This document shows positions 16,124-23,614 of a stretch of 32,000 nt of DNA, piece after piece; position 1 is the first letter of the stretch, and each line of letters begins with the position of its first letter. The notes beneath the pieces are model-generated. The model did not search any database, was not told the DNA's origin, and was given only the letters and a program-made list of their open reading frames with translations. This DNA comes from Coprobacillaceae bacterium (GTDB lineage Bacteria > Bacillota_I > Bacilli_A > Erysipelotrichales > Coprobacillaceae), in contig OY776328.1 in assembly GCA_963675515.1 (NCBI GenBank), positions 1,350,001 through 1,382,000 on the forward strand. Direction: 5' to 3'. The translations under genes were made by a program, and so were the position numbers.

Positions 16124-16156
16124 AAACCCGGAAAGTGCATTTTGCCTACCGGGTTT
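16124..16156 (+). terminator. Operon-end terminator
   Basis: AAACCCGG (16124-16131) pairs with CCGGGTTT (16149-16156), followed by TTAT. The loop is 17 nt. Confidence 0.6.
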
Positions 16157-16536
16157 TATCATGGCAATAGGAATAAGTAGAATGTGGAAGACGCCTTGGC
16201 TAATTATTTGTAATGGTTAATATTTTTGGAAATTCACATGCAAATGTATGGATATGGAAGAAAAGACATAAGATTACAGTCGCTACAAAATCCTCCAAAT
16301 GTGAATTTTAGATTTTGATATTTCCCAAATATTTTGAATTTATTCCTCATGCAAAGGGAAACGTCTATAGCCTATTCACAAATCGAATTGACGGCCATAT
16401 ATGACAAGATTATACTTTACTTAGAGGGAAATTCAAATTATTTTATAAGTTTTCTTAATTAACCATCAAATACATGTGAGTTCGATATTTGATTATCGTC
16501 GCTTTTGAAAAACTACCAAACATCGGCTTTTTAGAT

Positions 16537-16554
16537 CTAAGTAATATTACTTAG
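16537..16554. promoter_or_regulatory. Perfect 18-bp palindrome CTAAGTAATATTACTTAG, candidate operator
   Basis: Read directly from the sequence. It ends 66 bp upstream of the SGNH hydrolase start codon in an AT-rich 460-bp intergenic region. Confidence 0.4.
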
Positions 16555-16620
16555 GTACCAACTATAAACTCCAAGATGTATCTGGTGGCCAATTAAGTAA
16601 GTTTTTGAGAAGGTGAAAGT

Positions 16621-17484
16621 ATGAAAAAGACATTTAAATTCATCACTATTTGGTTTGTAAGCTTTTCATTTTTGTTTCTGGGAATAACTCCGGTGGCTGC
16701 AGCACCAACCAAGTTGCCAACTTATGATTATGTTGCTATGGGCGACTCGGTGGCTGCGGGAGTTCGGGCTGTTTATGGTCAATTGCCGGGTTGGGAAACA
16801 AGTTCCGATTATGGCTACACTGATCTGGTGGCTGGCTGGTTGGATAATTTAGGCCTTTTGGGAACATTTGATGAAACTTACGCCATTTCCGGACAAACTT
16901 CGGCCGACTTGCTTGGGGTAACTGAAAGTAAAACCGTAAGTAAAAGCTTGAAAAAGATAGAAATAGTGACTATAACAATTGGGGGCAATGATTTCTTGGG
17001 GCCGCTCTATGCTTTTTTAAGTTATTGTGTGCAAAATGGAATTGATTTTGATCTCACTGATCCTGACTTCTATGCTGACATCACTGATGTTCTTAATGGA
17101 ATTATCTTAAATGGACCATCAACAGGAGCAGCTTTGCAACAAAACCTGACCGAAATCATTCAAAACATATACAAGGCAAATCGAAAAGTCCAAATATATG
17201 TAATGGGTTATTACAATCCAATCCCAGATATTATCTATGACCCTACTTTCAATACGTTAGTTAATTCTTACATTGAAGCAGCAGTTAATGGGGCTGATCC
17301 TGATGGATCTAATGTAACCTATGTCCAAACAATAACCCATATCACTCAGTTGAATTCTTACAGTATGGGATATTTACTCGATGATACTGGATTTGGTGTA
17401 CCGGATATTCACCCGACTGAAGTTGGTTACGGTGTTATAGCCAATAGATTTGAAAATGCGATAGCTGTGGATTTTGGTATTTAA
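16621..17484 (+). CDS. Secreted SGNH/GDSL-family hydrolase (lipase/esterase-like)
   Basis: Signal peptide MKKTFKFITIWFVSFSFLFLGITPVAAAP. Block I 'VAMGDSVAAG', block II/III 'TIGGND', block V 'DIHPT'. SD GAAGGTGA. Confidence 0.8.
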   Translation: MKKTFKFITIWFVSFSFLFLGITPVAAAPTKLPTYDYVAMGDSVAAGVRAVYGQLPGWETSSDYGYTDLVAGWLDNLGLLGTFDETYAISGQTSADLLGVTESKTVSKSLKKIEIVTITIGGNDFLGPLYAFLSYCVQNGIDFDLTDPDFYADITDVLNGIILNGPSTGAALQQNLTEIIQNIYKANRKVQIYVMGYYNPIPDIIYDPTFNTLVNSYIEAAVNGADPDGSNVTYVQTITHITQLNSYSMGYLLDDTGFGVPDIHPTEVGYGVIANRFENAIAVDFGI

Positions 17485-17516
17485 TTTGTATTTACTTTGA
17501 ATTTTCCAACCCATAG

Positions 17517-17541
17517 GGGTCATCCAATGATGGCCCTTTTT
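17517..17541 (+). terminator. Rho-independent terminator after the SGNH hydrolase gene
   Basis: GGGTCATC-caat-GATGGCCC stem (one G-T wobble) followed by TTTTT (17537-17541). Confidence 0.65.
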
Positions 17542-17958
17542 GATATGACAATAAATTCGACTACGATACTGACAGCAGCATCAAAACAGCACAAAATTGA
17601 AGCAAGGTTAATACAAATTTTTTGAAACTTATGCAAATATGCCTCCCGGTTATTCAAAAAATTTCTCTGTTGCATAATTGTGAATTACTTATCGGAATAT
17701 AGAGGGACATGCCTATAAAGCAACCATTGCTTGAGTTGGTCCTGTATTTCTTATCATAATCTTCCTAAATTGTAAGTACTTGAGACTGCTGAAAGATCAT
17801 GATGTTCATTATGGCAGGATAGCTGTTATATTAGCATAATATTATTAGTGGGTTAAAGCTTTTGTTGAGGGTCTGCAAGGCGCCCACTCTCAATCCCTGA
17901 ATTAAATAGCAATTATGTTGTTTTGTTTACTTTGATTGAAATTATATCGTTCACGCAC

Positions 17959-17990
17959 CAGGAACATTATTTTACAGGAACATTATTTTA
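17959..17990. repeat. Perfect tandem duplication, 2 x 16 bp (CAGGAACATTATTTTA)
   Basis: Read directly from the sequence: 17959-17974 equals 17975-17990. It lies about 70 bp upstream of the predicted eut promoter. Confidence 0.9.
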
Positions 17991-18003
17991 CCAAATTGGG
18001 GCC

Positions 18004-18051
18004 AAATAATAGTTCTATTCGTTCTAGACCAATTAATAGTTATATTTGTTC
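18004..18051. repeat. Two 21-bp imperfect direct repeats (AAATAATAGTTCTATTCGTTC / AATTAATAGTTATATTTGTTC) abutting the -35 element
   Basis: 18004-18024 versus 18031-18051, 18/21 identical, 27-bp period. Confidence 0.6.
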
Positions 18052-18055
18052 ATCA

Positions 18056-18083
18056 TTTACATGAATTGTATATATGATATAAT
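18056..18083 (+). promoter_or_regulatory. Candidate sigma-A promoter for eutA-eutBC
   Basis: TTTACA (18056-18061), 16-nt spacer, TATAAT (18078-18083), about 77 nt upstream of the eutA ATG. Confidence 0.4.
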
Positions 18084-18159
18084 ATCATAAATGTGTATTT
18101 ATTATTGGGTCGATAAATTATTATCGGAGATGATTCTTAATGCAATAAAGGGGATTTCT

Positions 18160-19563
18160 ATGGAAACTATTTTAAGTGCAGGTATCGATATAGGGACAAC
18201 TACCACCCAAGTGATATTTTCGGAGCTTAAAATTGTCAAAAAGGGCGGTTTTGGCGAAGTTCCGAGATTTGAAATCGCGGATAAACATATCATTTATCGC
18301 AGCCCAGTGTTTTTCACACCGCTTGATGGTGAAAATATCGATGCTTTGGGCGTCAAGGCCCTTGTTGCAAATGAATATAAGAAAGCAGGTTTTTTGCCTG
18401 AGGATATGGATTCGGGTGCGGTCATTGTCACTGGTGAATCGGCAAGAAAAGAAAACGCAAAGACCGTGGTAGAGGAGCTGGCTTCATTCGCAGGAGATTT
18501 TGTAGTTGCAATTGCAGGTCCGGAACTGGAAAGCGTATTGGCTGCCAAGGGGGCTGGTGCTCTTGATTTGTCAACCAGAACAGGAAATATTGTCATAAAT
18601 TACGATATAGGTGGCGGTACTACCAATGTTTGTGTCTTCAAAGATGGCAAGATGGTGGATAATGCCTGTCTCGACATTGGCGGAAGACAGATAAGATTCT
18701 TGGATAGTAGAGTCTCCTATATTTCCCCAAGCATGAAAAGGTTGATAGCGAAAAAGAATCTGAAAATTGCTGAAGGAGATTCAATCGGCGACGATGATTG
18801 TCGTAGAAATATCGATAAGCTACTTAATATTGTCGTCAATTTGCTTGAAAAGCTGATATGGGATCCGGAGAATAACGAGCTCGAGCTGGTAGTCACCAAT
18901 CATCTGCTGACCAAAAGAATGATTCCGGATATTGTCACATTCTCCGGCGGGGTTGGAGCCTGCATGGATAAACTTCACCAGGATGACTTTCAATTCGGAG
19001 ATATTGGCGTCCTGATGGGGAAAAAACTGGCTGAAGTGGAATATTTCAAAAATGTCAGACATGTTTCCAAGGAAACTTTGAATGCCACTGTGATTGGAGC
19101 CGGTAACTATTCAATGGATATTTCTGGAAGCACAATCGAGTATGGCAATATTTCATTTCCGTTGAAAAGACTGTTGGTCCATGAGATTTATTTCAATTGC
19201 GGGAAAAATATTCACACACAGATAGAATCTTTCTTGGATAATGAGGATGAGCATTTGGGCGGCCCGTTTGCGTTTTATGCAAAAGGATTGCAAAATCCCA
19301 ATTTTGCCACGATTGAATCCTTTGCAACGGAAATAGTTCAAGGGATGAGGGATTATTTTGTGGAAGGCAACCCTTGCGTAATCATCGTAAAAGAGGATAT
19401 GGGAAAAGCGTTGGGACAGGCAATCAAGCGCCGAATCCCGGAACATCCTATTATATGTATTGATGGAATCGAGTGTCACAGCGGCGATTTTGTGGATATC
19501 GGGGTGCCATTAAGCAAAGGCAAGGTCATACCGGTGATGGTGAGGTCATTAGTGTTCGGTTGA
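18160..19563 (+). CDS. eutA: Ethanolamine ammonia-lyase reactivating factor EutA
   Basis: 'ILSAGIDIGTTTTQVIFSEL' and a second ASKHA-type phosphate loop 'INYDIGGGTTNVCVF'. The length (467 aa) and the position upstream of eutB are typical. The start is moved to ATG 18160, with AAAGGGGA upstream. Confidence 0.85.
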   Translation: METILSAGIDIGTTTTQVIFSELKIVKKGGFGEVPRFEIADKHIIYRSPVFFTPLDGENIDALGVKALVANEYKKAGFLPEDMDSGAVIVTGESARKENAKTVVEELASFAGDFVVAIAGPELESVLAAKGAGALDLSTRTGNIVINYDIGGGTTNVCVFKDGKMVDNACLDIGGRQIRFLDSRVSYISPSMKRLIAKKNLKIAEGDSIGDDDCRRNIDKLLNIVVNLLEKLIWDPENNELELVVTNHLLTKRMIPDIVTFSGGVGACMDKLHQDDFQFGDIGVLMGKKLAEVEYFKNVRHVSKETLNATVIGAGNYSMDISGSTIEYGNISFPLKRLLVHEIYFNCGKNIHTQIESFLDNEDEHLGGPFAFYAKGLQNPNFATIESFATEIVQGMRDYFVEGNPCVIIVKEDMGKALGQAIKRRIPEHPIICIDGIECHSGDFVDIGVPLSKGKVIPVMVRSLVFG

Positions 19564-19584
19564 GAAATTAAGGAGGGTCATAAT

Positions 19585-21651
19585 ATGTTGCTTGCTGACG
19601 ATGTGAACGGAAGGATATACGATTTTAAAAGTGTCAAAGAAGTATTGAATAAGGCGTCTGAGCCAAAATCGGGGGACCGTTTGGCTGGTCTTGCCGCAAA
19701 ATCAAAGGAAGAGAGGATTGCGGCAAAGAAAGTCCTGGCCCGTTTGACGGTGGAGGAAATAGTGGAGAATCCATCAGTTCCTTACGATATGGATTTTGTG
19801 ACCAGGATAATTGTTGACGATATTGATGAAGTCAGTTTCAGTATATGGAAGGATTGGAAACTCGGTGAAATAAGAGAATGGCTGTTGGATAATGCAACAG
19901 ACTCGGACATGATCATGGATTTTTCAAAAGGTGTCACAAGCGAAGTTATTTCAGGGCTGTCGAAGCTGATGGGCAATTTGGATCTAGTTCTTGTCAGTGG
20001 CAAAATCAAAGTTGAAGCGACCTGCAATACGACAATCGGGAAGGATGGGGTATTTGCGTGCCGCCTTCAGCCAAATCATCCGACAGATGATCCTAAAGGA
20101 GTAATTGCCTCAACTCTTGAGGGCCTTAGCTACGGGGCTGGGGATGCTGTTCTTGGATTGAACCCAGCTGTGGATACGGTGGAAGCCACATTGAGCATAT
20201 GGAAAACACTCAATGAATTGAAAGATAAATATGAAATACCCACCCAGACATGTGTATTGTCCCATATTACAACCCAGATGGAAGCGATCAGACAGGGCGG
20301 GAAAGCCGACCTGTGCTTTCAGTCCATTGCGGGATCCCAGAATGCCTGCCGGGCTTTTGGGATAACGGACACCATGATTGGTGAAGCTAGAGATCTGTTT
20401 ATGGAAAAAGGATCAGCCAAAGGCCCTAACGTCATGTATTTTGAAACCGGGCAGGGGTCGGAGCTGTCATCTTCATCCCATCATGGAACCGACCAGGTCA
20501 CCATGGAATGCCGCTGTTATGGGTTGGCTCGCCACTTCGAACCGTTTTTGGTAAATACGGTGGTGGGTTTCATCGGGCCTGAATATATTTACGACACCAA
20601 AGAGCTGATTCGAGCAAGTCTGGAAGATGTGTTCAATGGGCACATGCATGGTCTGCCTATGGGGTGCGATATCTGCTACACGAATCATATGCCTGTGGAT
20701 CAAAACGATGTCGAGACGCTCATAGTCCTTCTGGCAAATGCCGGTTGTCATTTTGTGATGGGTTTGCCACAAGGCGATGATGTCATGCTTATGTATCAAT
20801 CGACCAGCTTTCATGACGTGGCGGCGGTAAGACAAATCACCGGAAAAAGGCCGATCAAGGAATTTGAAGACTGGCTTGTTAAATGGGGATTCTGGTCAAA
20901 TGGACGTCTGGGACGTCAAGCTGGCATTATCGATGGGTTTATTGAAGATTTGGAACGTAAAGATTCCTTAAGAAAAAAAACTCCGGCGCGGGTGGGAATT
21001 GGCCATTCCGGACCGAGATATCTTACAGAACCAGAATTGGATTTTGTAGCCGATCAAGGCGCTGCATCGGATGCGGTTTTTACTGAAGTTTCCCAAGAGA
21101 CAATCGAAAGATTGCAACTTTTAGAAATCAAGACAAAGTGCAAAAATAAGGAAGAAATGGTTCTGCGTCCCGATTGGGGCCGGATCATCGAGGATGATCA
21201 GAAAAACAAATTGTTGGACCATTGTATTATGAACCCGCAGGTACAAATCTATTTCGGTGACGGTTTATGTTCTCCTGCCATCGAAGCCAATGGCGAGGAT
21301 TTGCTCCAGGGTATCAAAGCCGGACTGGAATTTGAAGGGATAAGTGTCGGAACCCCGTTTTTCGTGAGATACTGCAGGGTGAATACAGCGCGTACGATAG
21401 GACCATTGCTGGATGCGGAGGTTGTTTGCGTGCTGATTGGCGAAAGACCAGGTCTGCTTACCTCTGAAAGCATGTCGGCATATATCGGTTACCGACCTCA
21501 TCCAGCGATGCAGGAATCGGAATACACAGTTATATCGAATATCAGCCGACATGGATTCACTCCCGTGGAAGCGGCGGCACACATTGTCGACTTGATTAAA
21601 GAAATATTGGATAGAAAACAGAGTGGAATTTCAATTGGAAATTTCGAATAG
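19585..21651 (+). CDS. eutBC: Ethanolamine ammonia-lyase, fused large (EutB) and small (EutC) subunits in one 688-aa polypeptide
   Basis: Residues 1 to about 455 are EutB-like ('ASEPKSGDRLAGLAAKSKEERIAAKKVLA', 'GLNPAVD', 'FETGQGSE'). Residues from about 460 to 688 align with my recollection of E. coli EutC ('TPARVGIGHSGPRY', 'GTPFFVRYCRV', 'IGERPGLLTSESMSAY', 'ISNISRHGFTPVEAAAHIVDLIKEIL'). SD AAGGAGGG. Confidence 0.9.
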   Translation: MLLADDVNGRIYDFKSVKEVLNKASEPKSGDRLAGLAAKSKEERIAAKKVLARLTVEEIVENPSVPYDMDFVTRIIVDDIDEVSFSIWKDWKLGEIREWLLDNATDSDMIMDFSKGVTSEVISGLSKLMGNLDLVLVSGKIKVEATCNTTIGKDGVFACRLQPNHPTDDPKGVIASTLEGLSYGAGDAVLGLNPAVDTVEATLSIWKTLNELKDKYEIPTQTCVLSHITTQMEAIRQGGKADLCFQSIAGSQNACRAFGITDTMIGEARDLFMEKGSAKGPNVMYFETGQGSELSSSSHHGTDQVTMECRCYGLARHFEPFLVNTVVGFIGPEYIYDTKELIRASLEDVFNGHMHGLPMGCDICYTNHMPVDQNDVETLIVLLANAGCHFVMGLPQGDDVMLMYQSTSFHDVAAVRQITGKRPIKEFEDWLVKWGFWSNGRLGRQAGIIDGFIEDLERKDSLRKKTPARVGIGHSGPRYLTEPELDFVADQGAASDAVFTEVSQETIERLQLLEIKTKCKNKEEMVLRPDWGRIIEDDQKNKLLDHCIMNPQVQIYFGDGLCSPAIEANGEDLLQGIKAGLEFEGISVGTPFFVRYCRVNTARTIGPLLDAEVVCVLIGERPGLLTSESMSAYIGYRPHPAMQESEYTVISNISRHGFTPVEAAAHIVDLIKEILDRKQSGISIGNFE

Positions 21652-21666
21652 ATCTTATACAAGACT

Positions 21667-21709
21667 AAAATCCCCATTTTCTTTGGCTTACAAAGAAAAT
21701 GGGGATTTT
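21667..21709 (+). terminator. Strong rho-independent terminator after eutBC
   Basis: Perfect 19-bp stem AAAATCCCCATTTTCTTTG / CAAAGAAAATGGGGATTTT with loop GCTTA and a T-rich tail. Confidence 0.85.
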
Positions 21710-21803
21710 ACCATTATCCACCTTCAATAAACACAAGTATTTGGGAATTTCAAAATTGAACCACTTATTAATACACTCTATCTTGATGTGATATTCAAGT
21801 TTA

Positions 21804-21811
21804 GGAAATTA
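21804..21811. repeat. 8-bp target-site duplication GGAAATTA (left) of the IS256-family element
   Basis: Identical octamer at 23179-23186, immediately outside both inverted repeats. Confidence 0.8.
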
Positions 21812-23178
21812 GGTAGTGTCAATATTTTTGTGTAAATTTGTAAAATTAGTTCTTACTGATCATCTTGGTTATTCTTCTTCTAGCAGGAACCAACGTTCGT
21901 AAGATATTCCTTTGAATCCCTTATGGGTATGGTTCATGAATTTTTGGTTATATTGTTCAAATTGCGAAACGATGTATTTCTCCACAGCTTCCTCATTTGG
22001 GAATTGTTCTTTAGCCTTGATTTTCCGCTTGAGCTGTTTATTGAAACCTTCGATCAGGTTTGTTGTATATATGCTCTTGCGTACCGATTCAGGGAACAAA
22101 TAGAAAGTGAATAGATTTGAATTCTCTTCAAGTGATTTTGCCACTTTTGGGTATTTTTGCCCCCATTTGGTGATGAACTCCTTAAGCTCTTCACTCGCCG
22201 CTTTTTCAGTTTCGCAATTGTAAACTCGCTTAAAATCCTGTGCAATCTCACTACGGTCTTTCACTCTTGCTTTGGCTGTAATGTTTCTTGAAACATGCAC
22301 CAGGCAACGTTGGATTTTGGCCATCGGAAAAGTGTCTTCAATGGCGTTCTCAACACCGGTTAGCCCGTCGGTACAGAATAACGCAACCGCTTCCAAACCG
22401 CGTGTTTTGAACTCTTCAAACAGTTCCCGCCATGTTGTTGCGGATTCGGTTGGCGCAATTGAATATCCTAGTATTTCCTTTGTTCCCTCTAGAGTCACTC
22501 CTATAGCGATATGAACCGCCTCTTTAGACACGGTATCGCGCCGCAAAGGAATAACTGTAGCGTCGGTATAAACAACTGCGTATTGCTTGTTTAACGGGCG
22601 ATTTTTAAAGGCTTCAACATGGGCAACTATTTCCTTAGTAATATTGGAAACTGTCTGTCTGGAGTATTTCTTGCCGTAGATTGATTCAACAGTTTTTACA
22701 ATGTCGCTGTTGGTCATCCCTGAATTAAATAGATCGATGACAGTGTTGGTGGTAGCTAGATCGTTTCGCTGATATTTAGGGACCAGCGGTGAATCAAAGT
22801 CCCCTTGACGGTCACGTGGTATGCGCAGGTTCAACACACCATATTTAGTGTTGTAATCGCGGTTGTAATAGCCATTTCTTGAATTCGAATTCTCAGATCG
22901 GTCATATTTCTCATAATCAAGAAAAACGGTAAGTTCGGACTTCAAAATATCGTTGATGGCATTCTCCAATTCGCTCCGGAAAAGTTCTGAGACTACTTGC
23001 TCAAAAGCTGGCAGATTATTATCATTTGATATTAGACTTCTAAGTAAAGTTGTTGTAAAATAGTTCATGGGTGTAATCCTCTCGTAAATTGTTTTCGTCG
23101 AACTAATTTTACAAGGGTTGCACCCTTTTTTCTACTTAAAAGTTGAAATCCTATTTACACAAAATATTTTACACTATC
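21812..23178 (-). mobile_element. IS256-family insertion sequence (1367 bp)
   Basis: Imperfect ~26-bp terminal inverted repeats, GGTAGTGTCAATATTTTTGTGTAAAT (21812-) versus the reverse complement of the right end, GATAGTGTAAAATATTTTGTGTAAAT (-23178). Single Mutator-type transposase ORF. 8-bp target duplication. Confidence 0.85.
21869..23068 (-). CDS. IS256-family (Mutator-like) transposase
   Basis: 399 aa with 'VVYTDATVIPLR', 'LFCTDGLTGVENAI', 'QRCLVHVSRNI' and 'TTNLIEGFNKQLKR', the conserved IS256 DDE and C-terminal blocks. Confidence 0.9.
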   Translation of the reverse strand: MNYFTTTLLRSLISNDNNLPAFEQVVSELFRSELENAINDILKSELTVFLDYEKYDRSENSNSRNGYYNRDYNTKYGVLNLRIPRDRQGDFDSPLVPKYQRNDLATTNTVIDLFNSGMTNSDIVKTVESIYGKKYSRQTVSNITKEIVAHVEAFKNRPLNKQYAVVYTDATVIPLRRDTVSKEAVHIAIGVTLEGTKEILGYSIAPTESATTWRELFEEFKTRGLEAVALFCTDGLTGVENAIEDTFPMAKIQRCLVHVSRNITAKARVKDRSEIAQDFKRVYNCETEKAASEELKEFITKWGQKYPKVAKSLEENSNLFTFYLFPESVRKSIYTTNLIEGFNKQLKRKIKAKEQFPNEEAVEKYIVSQFEQYNQKFMNHTHKGFKGISYERWFLLEEE

Positions 23179-23186
23179 GGAAATTA
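23179..23186. repeat. 8-bp target-site duplication GGAAATTA (right) of the IS256-family element
   Basis: Matches 21804-21811. Confidence 0.8.
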
Positions 23187-23410
23187 AAGGACACAACGGT
23201 ATGGTACACGAAATTCAAGGCCAAGTGTTTGCTTATGTTGTCATAAAAGAGTTTTGAAAGTCAAACACCTACCTATTTAGTCCATTGGTAAATATTATTG
23301 ATCCATACATAGGCAAATCCGATTTATTGCTATTGGTGATTTATGAATCCGGCACAAAATATTTGTTTTTTTATAGTCCCGAGTACAAAGATTTTCGTCC
23401 TTACGCCTCA

Positions 23411-23439
23411 TTGACAATAATTTGTTATTGCGATAATAT
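23411..23439 (+). promoter_or_regulatory. Candidate sigma-A promoter of the ABC importer operon
   Basis: Consensus TTGACA (23411-23416), 17-nt spacer, TAATAT (23434-23439). It leaves a leader of about 170 nt before the ATG at 23615. Confidence 0.5.
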
Positions 23440-23614
23440 TATGGCATCACATAGGGGCGGCGAAATATAATCAAGTCAATTAGAGCACTTTATTATATGA
23501 CCATAAGTAATTGTGATGAATATTACCGTTAAAGCGGTGAATGCAAAAGTGATATATTCTATCCATTGCAAATTTTCAAAGCTTTATCATTCAAAAAGAG
23601 AAAGGAGTATTATT

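Noticed and set aside
16230-16315. 10-bp inverted repeat AAATTCACAT / ATGTGAATTT separated by about 55 nt, as an invertible or structured element
   Set aside because: The arms are short and AT-rich, and no recombinase or flanking features are present. This is expected by chance in an AT-rich intergenic region.
17959-17990. Possible CRISPR-like array
   Set aside because: There are only two directly abutting 16-bp units with no spacers, and no cas genes in the window. It is a simple tandem duplication.
17545-18159. AdoCbl (B12) riboswitch or EutX/Rli55-like sRNA upstream of the eut genes
   Set aside because: I looked for the B12-box and the conserved GGGAA/GGTG...CC and GCCACTG-type blocks and found none by eye. 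A covariance-model scan would be needed to exclude it formally.
23285-23470. 61-aa ORF upstream of the SBP gene
   Set aside because: It has a TTG start and no SD, and it spans the predicted TTGACA-17-TAATAT promoter. It is most likely non-coding leader or promoter sequence.
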